Positions 1 through 12,694 of a stretch of DNA of 64,000 nucleotides are shown here, piece by piece. The stretch is from Lama guanicoe (taxonomy: Eukaryota): contig MU054323.1 of NCBI GenBank assembly GCA_013239625.1, positions 15,256,029 through 15,320,028 on the forward strand, given 5' to 3'. Every line of letters begins with the position of its first letter. The first letter of the stretch is position 1. A program made the position numbers and the translations under genes. Below the pieces are notes generated by a model. The model saw nothing but the letters and a program-made list of their open reading frames with translations. It had not been told where the DNA came from and did not search any database.

Positions 1-2382
1 CAATACACTGACTTCTGTTTCATCTTGTGATTTGCCTGGACTCCAACAAGCTACTTCTCTCCCCAAATTTTGTGTGTGTTGAATCAAAATAATTTTTTGA
101 TTATTTGTTAGATTGACTGAAGGCGTGTGAAACATTTTCTTTTAAAACACGAGAAAAAGAGCAGGTGTGAGGATGCCACAGGAGTGATAATAGAAAGTAC
201 TCTTTAGGACAGCACGGGCGCAGTGGTGTATTTTGTTTCGATTTAAAATTAAAAATTGAAAATAATTTAATTCCAGTTTTTATCTCTTGTATTTGCTCTG
301 TGGAGTGTAACCAAAAAAGCTGAGATGTTTTATTTACTATTAAATGACACTTTGGCTAAATTAAACTCTTTGTATTTATAAATAACTAGTGTCTGTGTGT
401 GTGTATGCACAGAATCCAGTAGCTTTGCACCCTATGACCATGATGACATCATCTCCCCTCCCCCCACCAAACTACTCCACAAGATGGATTTTCTATTGGT
501 AACAATTTCAGCTCTAATGGAAAGAAATATTTATCCAACAAACCACGTTACGTTAGGACTGCTAAACGAATAGCAAGGATTTGTAAAGAGCCCTAACAGA
601 CTCAAAAATCGGGATTACTGGGGTCAAGTCTCAGCCCTGACATGAACTACTGCTAACCTTGCCCGGATCACTGAGACCAGTGAACCTCAGTTTCTTCATC
701 TGCAAGTCAGATGTGGTAACATGTCTGCTCTGGCCTTCCTGACCGGTCCGGGCCCTCACTGTGTCTCGCCTGGATTTCCTGTGCTGCTTCTTCCGTGCAT
801 CTGGAGTAGCCTGACTGCCCTCCTGCCTACTTTGGCCCAATAAATGCGTTTGCAGCATTAAGACCCTGGTGAACAACTCCTTTTCTACCCCAGCCTCTCA
901 AGTACCCTTGACAGTGCCTTTCCTAGAAACACTAGGGACTTTCATGTTGTTTGATAGAAATGTCCTGACATCCTGTGACTCTTTGCACAGGGTCTCCTTG
1001 GCTAACCCTCACCTTCCCAAAGTTCGGGATCACGCCCTACCCTACTCCTTCCTCAGTGGCACTTGATAATGTGTTTGTGGGTTCCATCAGTGTGCACCCT
1101 GCTTGTCCCAGAGATGCCAGTGGTTGTTTTAAAAAAACACAGGGAAAGAGAGATTTACAGAAATAATAGCGATACTTTGGGCATAGCTTTGCTGCTTCTG
1201 AGTTTCTGCTCGTACAGCTGTATGGATGGGCGACCGCGAATCTCACCATCTCTCAGTTTCAGATACAAGAATCTGGTGCAGTCACGTAGCTTTTTCTTTC
1301 AGGTTAAATAAGCCCCAGTACCCGTAGTCATGCTTTATAGGCCCCATTTTCCAACTCTTTAATCATTTTCTTTGCTTTTCTCTGGAACTGCGCCAAGTTC
1401 TCCATTGACTTAAGTTTCAGGCTCCAAACTGGACATGGTATTGAAACATTCAGTAAAAGAATTATCTGCTTGATCCTATATTCAGTATTCTTATTTATAT
1501 ATAAATAATTGTTTCCCCTAATCAGTCTACAAACATTAACTAGGCCCTTATGCTATAGCTGGCACCGGGCTTCAAAGTTTTTGGCAATTTCAAATGATAC
1601 GATTCCTTTCTGTGAAACAGGCTTTCTTTGGTGCTATTACATGAAAAACGTTAGATTTATAAGCATCTGTATGGTAGTTATTTATATAGCAGTGGAGTGG
1701 TGTTCCATGTCAATAAATATTCTGCTTCTTATCTGGTTTGTTTACATGAAATTAATTTAATAGTTCACCTGCTTTGTGAATATTACAAGTTTACTCCTCA
1801 CCGCTCATTACACTGTAAACTAAAGAGGAAGCAGAAAGTGATCTAGTGATTTCTTGTTGGCGTTATACACTTTTAATTTGCTCAAATTTTGTTCTAACTT
1901 GTCTATTTTATTCCAGTTCATCTGGCCATTCAGATTTTTTCCTCTATTGTCATTAGAGAGATTTCAGGTAATGCTGAAGTATTAATAACTTTCAACTAAA
2001 GCACAGTAAAATTATATCACTACTGTATACTGCCTTATCTTTGAAAGCATTTTTCATATCTCTTATCTCGCTTGATCCTCGTAAGAACCTCATTAATAAA
2101 GCAAGGTAGGAATTATCACCATCATTGTCCATTTGGTTACTCTGAGACACAAGCAGAGGAAAGGTTCAACCACGATCATACAAGTTAATGGGGAGATAAG
2201 TCTTCTGACTTTTATAGTTTTTTCTATCAGAGCTTTTCAAAGCTTGAGAAAAAATTGAACATTGCTAACATATAAGACCCCTGTATATTAAAACTTTTAG
2301 GAAAGACAAACTAAGGTGACAAACATTGTATTATATAATTTATAAAGATTGTAGTCTGGCAGAACAGCACAAAAGTAAAGAT

Positions 2383-2958
2383 GTACATTAGTCAGGAATA
2401 TCTATCTAGTATCTATCTATCTATCTATCTATCTACCACCTATCTATCATCTATGATTTATTATAAGAAATTGGCTCACATGACTATGGAGGCTGAGAAG
2501 TCCCAAGACCTGCAGTTGGTAAGGTAGAGACCCAGGAGAGCCAATGGTATAGTTCTAGTCTAAGTCCAAAAGCCTTAGAACCAGGAGAGCTGATGGTGGT
2601 GTATTTTCCAGTCTAAAAGCCACTAGGCTAGAGATCCACCAAAAAATAAAAAATAAAAAATAAAAAATAAAAAATAAAAGCCAGCGTTTCAGCTGGAGTC
2701 TGAAGGCTGCAAACATCTAAGTTAAAAGAATCAGGAAGGAGGAATTCCCTCTTATTCAGCCTTTTTGTTCTTTTCAGGTCTTCAATGGATTGGATACAGC
2801 TCACTCACATTAAGGGAGGGCAATATACTTTATTCAGCCTACTGATTTAAATGTTAATCTCACCCAGAAATACCTTTGCACACTCCCACAATAATGTTTG
2901 GCCAAATGTCTGAGCACCCCATGGCCCGGTCAAGCTGACACATAAAATTAACCATCAC
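2383..2958 (-). mobile_element. MLT2-type ERVL solo LTR with internal (TCTA)n and (AAAAAAT)n repeats
   Basis: MLT2 hallmarks GATTTATTATAAGAAATTGGCTCACATGACTATGGAGGCTGAGAAGTCCCAAGA and terminal CATAAAATTAACCATCACA. Confidence 0.8.
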
Positions 2959-3187
2959 AGAATACATGATGAACATTTTTTAATCCTAACAATATGCCTG
3001 TGTACCTCTGTGACTGGGTTATAAACTCACCTAGAAATAATGTCAAAATTCTCATTTTGAGGCCCTCTGTGAACATTAATCATGGGCCAACTGGCCTTTC
3101 TGATCTTGTGCTCTGGAAGTCCCAAAAAATTTACATCCTCAGGTTTTAAAATTTTTTTAAATAATTTTATTTTAGAATCCTGAGGGG

Positions 3188-4945
3188 TTTTTTTAAATAG
3201 CTTTATCATGATGTAATTCACATACCATAAAATTCACCAAATTGTAGAATTCAGTGATTTTAGTATTTCAATAGAGTTCTGTGGCCATCATCACATTCAA
3301 TTTTAGAACATTTTCATCACTGCAAAAGGAAACCCTATGTCCGCTACCAGTTTAATTCTCAGTTCTCCACTTCCCGCCTGCTAATCTATTCTGTTTCTCT
3401 ATCTCTGTAAACAGTACCTATTCTGGAAAGTTAATATAAATGGGATAATAAAGTACATGGTCTTTTCTAACTAGTTTCTTTAACTTAGCATAATGTTTTT
3501 AAGAGTCATCCACATTGTAACATGTATCAATACTAAATTATTTTTCACTGCTTGAATAATATTTCATTGTATGGATATACCACAGTTCATTTATCCATGT
3601 AAGTTGATGGACGTTTGGGTTGTTTCCAGTTTGAGGATATTATGAGTAATGTTACTATGAATATTTGTGTACAAGGCTTTCAATGCATGTATTTTCCTTT
3701 TTACTTTTACTTTTTTACGGCAATATAGTCAGTTTACAATGTTGTATCAATTTCTGGTATACAGCATAATGCTTCAGTCATACATATACATATGTATATT
3801 TGTTTCCATATTCTTTTTCATTACAGTTTACTACAAAATATTGAATATAGTTCCCTGTGCTATACAGAAGAAATTTGTTATCTATTTAATATATCATTGT
3901 TAGCATTTGCAAATCTCCCAACTCCCAATTTCTCCCTTCCCACCTCTGTTCCCCCCCTCTAGTAACTATAAGTTTGTTTTCTATGTCTGTGAGTCTGTTA
4001 CTGTTTTGTTAATAAGTTCATTTGTGGTTTTTTTTTTTTTTAGATTCCACATGTGAGTGATATCATATGGCATTTTTCTTTCTCTTTCTGACTTACTTCA
4101 CTTAGAATGATGATCTCCAGGTCCATCCATGTTGCTGCAAATGACATTATTTTAATCTTTTTATGGCTGAATACTATTCCATTGTATAAATGTACCACAA
4201 CTTCTTTATCCAGTCATCTGTCGATGGACATTTAGGTTGTTTTCATGTCTTGGCTATTGTAAATAGTGCTGCTATGAACACTGAGGTGCATGTGTATTTT
4301 CAAATTAAAATTCCCTCTGAATACATGCCCAGGAGTAGGATTGCTGGATCACATAGTAAGTATATTTTCAGTCTTTGAGGAATCTCCATTCTGTTTTCTG
4401 TAACAGCCGCAACAAACTACATTCCCACCAACAGTGTAGGAGGGTTCCCTTTTCTCCACACGCTCTCTAGCATTTATCTTTTGTGAGCTTTTGAATGATG
4501 GCCATTCTGACTGGTGTGAGGTGATACCTCATTGTAGTTTTGATTTGCATTTCTCTGGTAATTAGCAATATTGAGCATTTTTTCATGTGCCTATTGGCCA
4601 TTTGTTGTCTTCATTGGAGAGTTGCTTGTTTAGGTCTTCTGCCTATTTTTGGATTACATCGTTTGTTTTTCTGTTAAGTTGTACAAGCTGTTTATATATT
4701 CTGGAAATCAAGCCCTTGTCAGTTTCATCATTAAATACATGTATGTTTTCTTTCCCTTGGGTGCATACCTATGATTGAATTGCTGGTTTATACAGTAACT
4801 CTGTGTTTGACACTTTGAGGAACTACCAAACTCTTCTCCAAAGCAGCTGTACCACTTCACATTCTACCAGCAATGTATGTGGGCTCCAATTTCTGATGTC
4901 CTTTATCATATACTGTATACTGGATATGATTTGCCAAATGTTTTC
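3188..4945 (-). mobile_element. Old L1 (L1M) 3' fragment, interrupted by a younger L1
   Basis: Antisense L1 3' motifs (CATACCATAAAATTCACC, TTCATTGTATGGATATACCACA, GTTGATGGACGTTTGGGTTGTTTCCA) stop near 3690 and resume at about 4735. Confidence 0.75.
3693..4733 (-). mobile_element. Younger lineage-specific L1, about 1 kb 3' end, 5'-truncated
   Basis: T-rich tail, then L1 3'UTR and ORF2-end sequence (TTAGATTCCACATGTGAGTGATATCATATGG, GGCCATTCTGACTGGTGTGAGGTGATACCTCATTGT). Flanked by AAT(G/A)CATGTAT at 3682-3692 and 4734-4744. Confidence 0.85.
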
Positions 4946-4949
4946 TCTC

Positions 4950-5710
4950 ATTCTGTGGGTTGGCTTTGTTATTCCCCCCAGGCCAGTGCCCTGAAGTGTT
5001 CAGGGTTGTGCCCCTTCCCCCAGTCCTGCAAGGGCAAGCCAGCAGTGGGTATTTGTGTGCTGTCTGCAGGGGACTGTATGTGCCCTCTGCAGAGGCTCCC
5101 AGATGCTGTCTGTGGAGGTTCACATACCATGTTGTGGTGCACATGTAGAGTGCTGGGACCACATGCCATCCAGTTAGAAGCCTACCGACAAGGTGTCCCA
5201 TGGGATTTGGGGGCAGGCCTCTTGGTGAAATCTTAGAGCCAGTTAGTAGGCTCTGTGGCCAGTTTTTGAGCTCTGCATTGGTTACTGTGACCCCTGCCCT
5301 TTGGCCCTGTTCCTGCTTCCCTGCAGACTATTCAGCCGTGCTGGTCCCCTCCCTGCTCTGTACAGCGTAAGGCAGAAGAGGGTTTAGGGGCAATGGCCCA
5401 CAAGGCTGGGGAAAATGTGTGCTCACTCTGCTCTCTCTTCCCCTTGTAGGAGAAATTGTGGGCCAAGGGGGTCTCTCTTGGCACTGAGCTATGAAGCGTG
5501 GAGGAGAGGTGACACAGGTAAGGTGAAACTCTTACATTCTTCAGTGCATCTATTCTTGTTTTTTTGTCCTCAAATGAAGTGCTGTAATCTCTCCACTGGA
5601 CTCCCAGGTTCCCACAGGGGTGTTCCTGTCCATGGATGGTTGTCAAAACTGATGTTTCAGTGGGGGGATGAGGGTTTGAATCTCCTATTCTGCCATCTTG
5701 CTGACAACCT
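4950..5710 (-). mobile_element. L1 5'UTR-like fragment
   Basis: GC-richer block ending in CTCCTATTCTGCCATCTTG, the reverse complement of the CAAGATGGC-type L1 5' start. Confidence 0.55.
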
Positions 5711-5733
5711 GCATCTATATTTCCCCATAGCAA

Positions 5734-5770
5734 TTTTTTAGTTTATTTTTTTGAATTGAAGTACAGTTGA
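5734..5770 (-). mobile_element. Extremely 5'-truncated L1 insertion (37 bp)
   Basis: Poly(T) plus ATTGAAGTACAGTTGA, identical to the L1 terminus at 43861-43876. Flanked by TCCCCATAGCAA at 5722-5733 and 5771-5782. Confidence 0.8.
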
Positions 5771-6011
5771 TCCCCATAGCAAATTTGATGTGCGCCCCTC
5801 TGCCAAACTGGTTGAGAATTGCTGGCTTTATCAAAAGTCTGTTAGTCCTTCCCATATGTGTTTGGGTTCAGGGCAGGAAAATGTGGCTGTTTTTTTGGAC
5901 ACTCTTTGTTAGAGATGTGGCTGTAGTGAGATCAGAATTCTCTGGAATCCTCCCTCTACGATGATACAAAGCCAAGCCCTTTCTGAATGTGAAAGGAATG
6001 GTACCAACTTG

Positions 6012-6218
6012 CAGAACTGTCCAGTAGAACTTTCTGTGATGATAGAGATGTTGTAAGACCTGTGGCATAGGCTGCTGCAGCCACTAGCCACACATGGTAT
6101 TGACCTCTAGAAATGTAGCTAGTATGAGTGCAGAACTGAATTTTTATTTTAATTACCTTTGAATGATTTAAATTTAAATAGCCACACGTGCATAGTGGCT
6201 ACTGTATTGGACATTGCT
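6012..6218. mobile_element. MER3-like hAT-Charlie MITE
   Basis: CTGTCCAGTAGAACTTTCTGTGATGATAGAGATGTT...AAATAGCCACACGTGCATAGTGGCTACTGTATTGGACA, with degenerate terminal inverted repeats. Confidence 0.8.
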
Positions 6219-7769
6219 GATCTGTAGAATCTTTTCTTTGTGAGTAAGTTGTAAGCAGTGGGGAGCAGTTTGAATTGTTGAGCAAATATCTAGCTAAAAT
6301 TTTCTCTCTGGCAATTTAGTCCCCAAGGTCTTTTAAAAAAAAAAAGGTTCTGGTGGTTGATCTAAGAGAAAAAGTATTTGAAAAGATGTTCAAAAGAATT
6401 TTAAAAGTACAGATCCTTATAAATCTATAAGCTGATTTAATCTAATCATTGGTCCTCAAAATAAGTGAGTGTGGGATTAAACTTACTTGGTTGAAACCAT
6501 GTTGAGTGTCAGGTGTGTTATCTTTGAGAGAAGGATGAAAGTCTTGAAGTTTTGTCCTCTTTTTTTGACATCTAGAGGAGGTAGTCTCCAATATCATTTT
6601 TCCCATTTTGCCTTGAGGAAACTATATATATTATATATAAATATTTCATATATATATATATTATATATATATTTGCTTATGTTTAGTATTAGTTAATGGT
6701 CTTTTAAAACATTTTTGATCAGATTTTCAGGGGTTTTGGGAAAAGATTGTCTTGAATGGCTCCTTAGGGAGAATGAACACTGTGAGTTGATTTTTTTTTC
6801 CCATTTCTGAATCTTCTTGAGTATCTAAGGAGAAGTGTTGCATGAGAGATGCCCCACTTCGCAGTCAGTCTTTAGTCATTGGCCAGTGTGAAGAGTTAAA
6901 TGTCTATCTGCATTGGCAGCACAAGGCTGCAATCTCTTCTGAATTCTGCTACTCTTTTATTTCATCAAAAGGCATATTTGCATATGGACTGATAAGGCAC
7001 CTTGGCACTGAGATCCTGGATTGCATACAAGACTTGATTTGGCACAAGACTGATGAAAACTCAATTATGATTTATGTCTATGCAACAGAGTTTCCCAGTG
7101 ATTACCTGCCAGAACCATGATAAAGCAATGTTAGGTCTGAAGCCAATTCTTCCCTGCCATAATCTTTCCCTAGGTTTTATATTCTGTGCCCTTGCTGGAC
7201 TTTTCTGAACATTTGTGAACAATAATGATTCATAAAAATGGTCCTTGGATAGGCAAACATGTCTGCAGAAGAGGGTCATCCTCTTGGTGTCTAGGTTTAC
7301 TTGGTATTTAGCTTCCAACCGTTTGGGGCTTATCCAGCACCTGCTTATGTGAGTTATACTGTTCTGAGTTTTATAGGATGTAGAGAAAATGGAAAACATG
7401 GAGCTTGCCTATAGTAACCCGGAGGTCAGTCGTCCCCCAGAGATAAAGACACTAGTCCGAGACGCAATCGCCTTCTCGTATTGATGTGTTGGAGCACTAT
7501 GCAGTGGTGACCAAAGTGAGCTAAAACTAAACTGAGAGGCTTCTTATTGCGTGATTATTAACTGAGGAAAGGCATTAAAAATGAAAGAATTACACCTAGG
7601 TAGAGGGAATTTGGAATGAGGGTCATTAAGGGGGTTCTTGTGGAAAATCCAGCTTCCCAGATAATCAGTCTCCTGTTGAGACGGTGAACATAGTACTCCT
7701 CATACTTAAAGACAATACTTTCATTTAAAATACCTACCACTAAAACAGCTTGAGATATCTAACGTTAAC

Positions 7770-7985
7770 ATAGTGCTGCTGAGTGCCAGGCCCTGTTCTA
7801 AGTGCTTTATACATATTGACTCATTTCAATCTCAAAACATCCCTGTGAGGAAGCTCTATGATTATCTCCATTTCACAGGCTAATTAACTGCAGACCAGGC
7901 ACAATAAAAGAGTTATTTTATAGGTGGTGGTGCTGGAATTTGAATCCAGGCCGTGTGGTCCCCAGGTTCTGTGCAATCAATCACC
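7770..7985 (-). mobile_element. MIR SINE
   Basis: GTGCCAGGCCCTGTTCTAAGTGCTTTATACATATTGACTCATTT...ATTATCTCCATTTCACAG...GGAATTTGAATCCAGG. Confidence 0.75.
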
Positions 7986-8190
7986 ACCTCATACGGCCTC
8001 TCATCCGTGGAGAGCAACAGAGTGACATGTGTCCTGGTTTATGTCCTGGCTTCTCAAAGAGTAAGAGTTGTCCCTTTCTCAGGATGAGGAACAGAAAGGT
8101 CACTTACAGATGGTCAAGGTATCCTCATGACTGCCAAAAGCAGCCAATTCTGAAGAGCCTTCAGTTCTGCAGAATAAGTCCAGTTAGGAT

Positions 8191-8325
8191 TGTGTCATGT
8201 CCCCCCCAATAAGATATGTTGAAGTTGTAACCGCCAGTACCTCAGAATACGACCTTATTTGTGAATGGGGTCGTCACAGAGATAATGAAGTTACTTTGTT
8301 GTGGCAGCCCCAGGAAGTTAATACA
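8191..8325 (+). mobile_element. MLT1-type MaLR LTR, internally deleted
   Basis: 5' motif CCCCCAATAAGATATGTTGAAGT...CCAGTACCTCAGAATACGACCTTATTTG joined directly to the 3' motif TTTGTTGTGGCAGCCCCAGGAAGTTAATACA. Confidence 0.7.
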
Positions 8326-11209
8326 GGTTGGAAGTGGCTTTCAGGTGTGTGAGGTGGCCTCCCATTAGCTCAGGGCGATTTAAGTTCTCAGGAGTGGATG
8401 TACTTTCTGCATCTCAGAAAATAGAACAACTCTCTTGAGGGTTTTCAATCTCAAAACATCCCCATGAGGAAGTTCTGTGATTCCTGACGGTCTGACAAAA
8501 CAAAATCTCACATGACCAGTTAGAACTTCATACAACTGAAAACTTATTTCCGATTTGTCCCTACTTCAAAAAAGTTACTTAAAAACACAATTTGTATCAG
8601 AATCTGAGTTTGGCTACCGCATTAGATAATGTAGTTAGACTCTAGGGAAGTTGTGTTTTTTCCCCCTACTCAGGGACCCCTCTCCCCAACTTTCCCATCA
8701 TTATTTATACTACAGGTACCGCCTCACTTGACTGGATGAATAGTACCATTTATTCTGTATTCTAAAAGGGCAATAGTTACTATCCCAAATTATAACCTTC
8801 CTTATTGGACAATAGCCTTATACTCTATGCCAAATATTTGATTATCAGATTACCAGCTTAGTTTTCATAGGCTAATGGTCTATATGTGGAAAAGTAAACA
8901 TCAAGCAAAGTTTATTCCTTTCAAGGCCACTGCTAACTTCTTTCTTCACTCCTAATGGGACATGTTAGGGATATCAGATTATCGCTGTACATATTGACAG
9001 TTCCTTCATCTTCATCCTCATGTAGAAGATGTGGCTGTTTGAACAGCTCAATCTAGACAGAGCCCCAGGTGTGGATATTTTTACAAAACTGGCCGTATTA
9101 TGGTTCTGCCCAGATCGGGACATGGCAGACCAGAGCCTTTGGGGTTATAAAGAATTGCGTTTAGTTTTCTCTTCCTTAAAACTTGGCTCTTAATGATCTG
9201 GTTGAGCTGACTTCAGTCCCTCCATCTCATGGCAATAGAAAAAAAAGGAGCCTGAGCATTGTTGCATGAATATTATGCTCTGTTATTTCAAATGAGGAGT
9301 GGCCTGAACAGGCCTCTGACCCCGCTGACCAATTATTGTCCAAAAGAAAGGCCACTGATAAGCCTTTTAGCCTTTTCTGATTTGTTTTTCTTTTTCCCAG
9401 CAAGTTATTGTCTTTGCTAGATATTCTCATCTTTTGCCAAGTAAATAACAATCCCACACAACGTGTTGCTGCCCCCTAGACGTGCATTTCATGATGGTTT
9501 ATCTTGGGACACACAGTAGGGAGTAGCCTGCTCAAAGCTGAAAATGTTCTCAGGGCTTTGCTGATGTTTTATTTTGCCTGAAATGGCGTTTGGTTATCGT
9601 CGGCTAGTTCAGACTACCGCCATTTCGGCCATGGAGTAGAATTGGGGCCTCAACTGCCTGTTCATCCGGGGCTGCAGTGAGTTTAAAATAATTTTCTAGG
9701 AATCATCCTGTCCTTTCTGTCCAGTGCTTCCTCTGCTCAATTTGTGTGTGTGTGTTGCAGGGGGTTGGGTGGCGGGGAGGCTGGCATCAGACATTTGCCT
9801 TCACGGGCTCCCTACCTTCGGCAAAGCTCCAGCTCCGGGCTCTGCTTGGACACTAGAGGATGAACTCAAGGGCACAGAGAATTGTACTCTCTCAATGCAT
9901 TTGCCATCACCACACAGTACTGATCAAAAGCCCAGAGGAACACTATTCAGAGAGGGTCGCTAAGTTCATCCACCTCCTGAAACTCTAAATTAAATCCTCG
10001 AGTCAGAGCTGAGCAGCAGAATCTGGAACTGCTTTTGTTCTGTGGGTCATCCCTGTCTCCCCTTCCCCGTCCCCAGAAGGGCCCCCTTTTCTCTGCATTG
10101 TGTCCGTGCGCGTCCATAAGCCTGCACTGAGTCGTTTTAATGAGCAGCCCCGTGGATCTTGTTCTGTGCACTGTGAAAACGTTGCAGTGATTATTCATCA
10201 CACCACCTATTTATGAGGATCCCAGGGAAAGTTCCTGTCTGGTCTGAGTCCCCAAAACAATAAGCTTCACCAGGAAATCTGGACTGTTAGTATCTCACGG
10301 ACACTGCGAATTGAGTAACTGATAGGACTTCTCTTTTCGTGTTGGCTGCCAGAAAATTTAGAGCCAGGGTCATGGCTCACCTATTGCAGCACGTGTGCCG
10401 GTTCTTCTGATCCACATTTTTGAACTCGTTCCTGGCTGTGCTTCACCTCCACTCTTGTTCTACTTTCTTTTCTTGCCTCACTTTTAACTGATACTGTTGG
10501 GTCGTTGTCTATGTCTCTTGTTAGAGACTGCTTCAAATATTTTCAAGAATAGAGAAAATACAAAAATAAACATATGCATAAATGAAATAATCTCAAATAG
10601 AGTTTTGAAGGGACCGTTGCAGAGTGGTTGGTAAAGAGAAAATAGGGCCTTTCAGATGCAGGAGCCACGTGAACAAACATAAAAGTAGAGTGACTGGTTT
10701 TGTCAAGGGATCTGGTAAGAAAAATCTTCCTTATTACAGTAAAAGGGATGTAGCAAAGCTGTTCAACTGAGATCTCTAAACTAGACCTTGGAAAAAAGAT
10801 GCACAATACAAAGATGAAATTGCCTTTAAAATCTCTCAGACTGATATATTTTATTTCAGGAATAAGTTTGTGAAAATGTTGTGGAATGAAACCTAGAAAT
10901 TCTCTGGAAAAATAAAGGACGTCGAGATGAGAAGATTATATTAGTATCTTTTAGCTTAATGTATCTTCATGTGTTATTTACATGCTTCAGAAAGAGTTAG
11001 GTGACGACATTCTTCATTATTCATGCCTGCCAGGGGTCATGCCTACATCTAATTGGAAAAACTAACATTGGAAAACAGTCAACATTTCCTGGTGAGATTA
11101 GGTGTAAATAGGAAATTCAGATGAATAATGATGGCAATAATTCAAAGATAGGAAACATTAAACCTTCTTTCTTTACCTGAAAACCTTTCAACCTCAAACC
11201 TCCATTTTC

Positions 11210-11350
11210 TTTTTCTTTTCTTTTTTAAAAATTTTTTTATTGAAGTATAGTTGATTTATAATGTGTTGGTTTCTGGTGTACATCACTGTGGTTCAGTTTT
11301 ATATATATATTCTTTTTCATATTTTTTTCATTATAGGTTATTACAAGATT
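11210..11350 (-). mobile_element. Short L1 3' end
   Basis: T-tract then TTGAAGTATAGTTGATTTATAATGTGTTGGTTTCTGGTGTACA. TCCATTTTC occurs on both sides (11201-11209 and 11358-11366). Confidence 0.75.
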
Positions 11351-12468
11351 AAAAGATTCCATTTTCCATTTTCATTGATCAGTTGCATGAGGTTGAGGGC
11401 TTGGTGTCTAGTTGATGACTGCTATATCCCAGGTATTCACCCCATTTACCAGAACATAAAAGATGGTCAGTACATATTTGTTGAATGAATAAATGAGTGA
11501 ATGAAGGAATGAGTGAAATGCGAGGTTTAGACCATATTTGCACAATCAGGGTGAAATTGATTTGACCTTGAGGAGGCAATGACAGAGACTTGACTTTTGA
11601 CCCATTTGGAGGATATAGGCTAGAGTAGAGACAGAGTTAATATCCCAAATACCTGTTTAAATGTTACCATTTCTAAGATTATTTGAAGACCTGTTTTCCT
11701 TGCCTGTTTGGCGCCTACCCCAAGATTATTGTTCAGTGAAATGATTGTCCTGTTTGTGTTAGAGTAATGAATGCTGCTGCTCTGAGGACCTTAGAGACCA
11801 TTAGCCCCTCCCTGTGGAGGTGAGGGGACAGTGAGTGGGAGGTGATACCTCTGGTCCAAACCACTCCGCCCCCCTCCCACGGAGGCTGCATGGCAGGGCA
11901 GCTGTGCACACTCACTCCTGAGACAAGCAGGTCCCCACTAGAATTCTGTCTCATCTGTAAGATGAGAATCATTGTTCCTACTTCATAGGATTGCTTAGAG
12001 AATATGATGAAATAATGAATGTAAAGTACTTAGAAGAGTGCTTGGTATTATTTAAATCAACAGTTCCAAACGATGGCCAAGTTATATTATTATGAAGTAA
12101 AGCATAATTAGCTTGAGAGTTCAACGTCATCTTCCCACATAAAATCTTCCCTGATGCCCAAGTGGAATGAAATACTTCCTTCTCTAAAACACCTGTGTAG
12201 TGTTTTACACGCCTGTCACTCCTCGCCTCTCAAATAGTAACCCTTGGTAATAGTAATCTGCATGGTAGGCAATTTAAAATTGTCTGTTAATTTTACTTGA
12301 ATGATTATCAATATTATCCTTCAATGAAATTAATGCAGTGGTCTGAAACCAAGGCATTGTACACGGAGATGCCTTTAATGATTAGTCCAATTATTCAAAT
12401 GACGAATCTCTTGCCCTTGCTCAACTAAACAGAGGAATGATTTAGTCACACTGGTTATTTGTCTAGAT

Positions 12469-12694
12469 AAGGCTTTTTGAGCCTCAGCGCTCCAGACATT
12501 TGGAGCTGGGTGAGTCTTCGTTGTGTGGCACTGTCCTATCCATTGTAGGGGGTTTACCAGCCCCCTGAGTGGAGATCCCCTACTAGAGATGAGGAGCACC
12601 TGCCTTCCTGACCAGTTGCGACAATAAAACACGTCTCCATACGGTGCCATAAATGTTCCAGTGAGCAAAAGTCATCCCCAGATGAAGACCACTG
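12469..12694. mobile_element. MER20-like hAT-Charlie MITE
   Basis: GACATTTGGAGCTGGGTGAGTCTTCGTTGTG...CCAGTTGCGACAATAAAACACGTCTCCA...TCATCCCCAGATGAAGACCACTG. Degenerate 8-bp TSD GTCTAGAT/GGATAGAT. Confidence 0.8.

Noticed and set aside
1917..1967. Possible 51-nt exon (ttccag|...CAG|gtaatg); similar candidates at 19764-19791 and an acceptor near 32703
   Set aside because: Splice-like signals only; the peptides are unrecognised and no consistent gene model links them.
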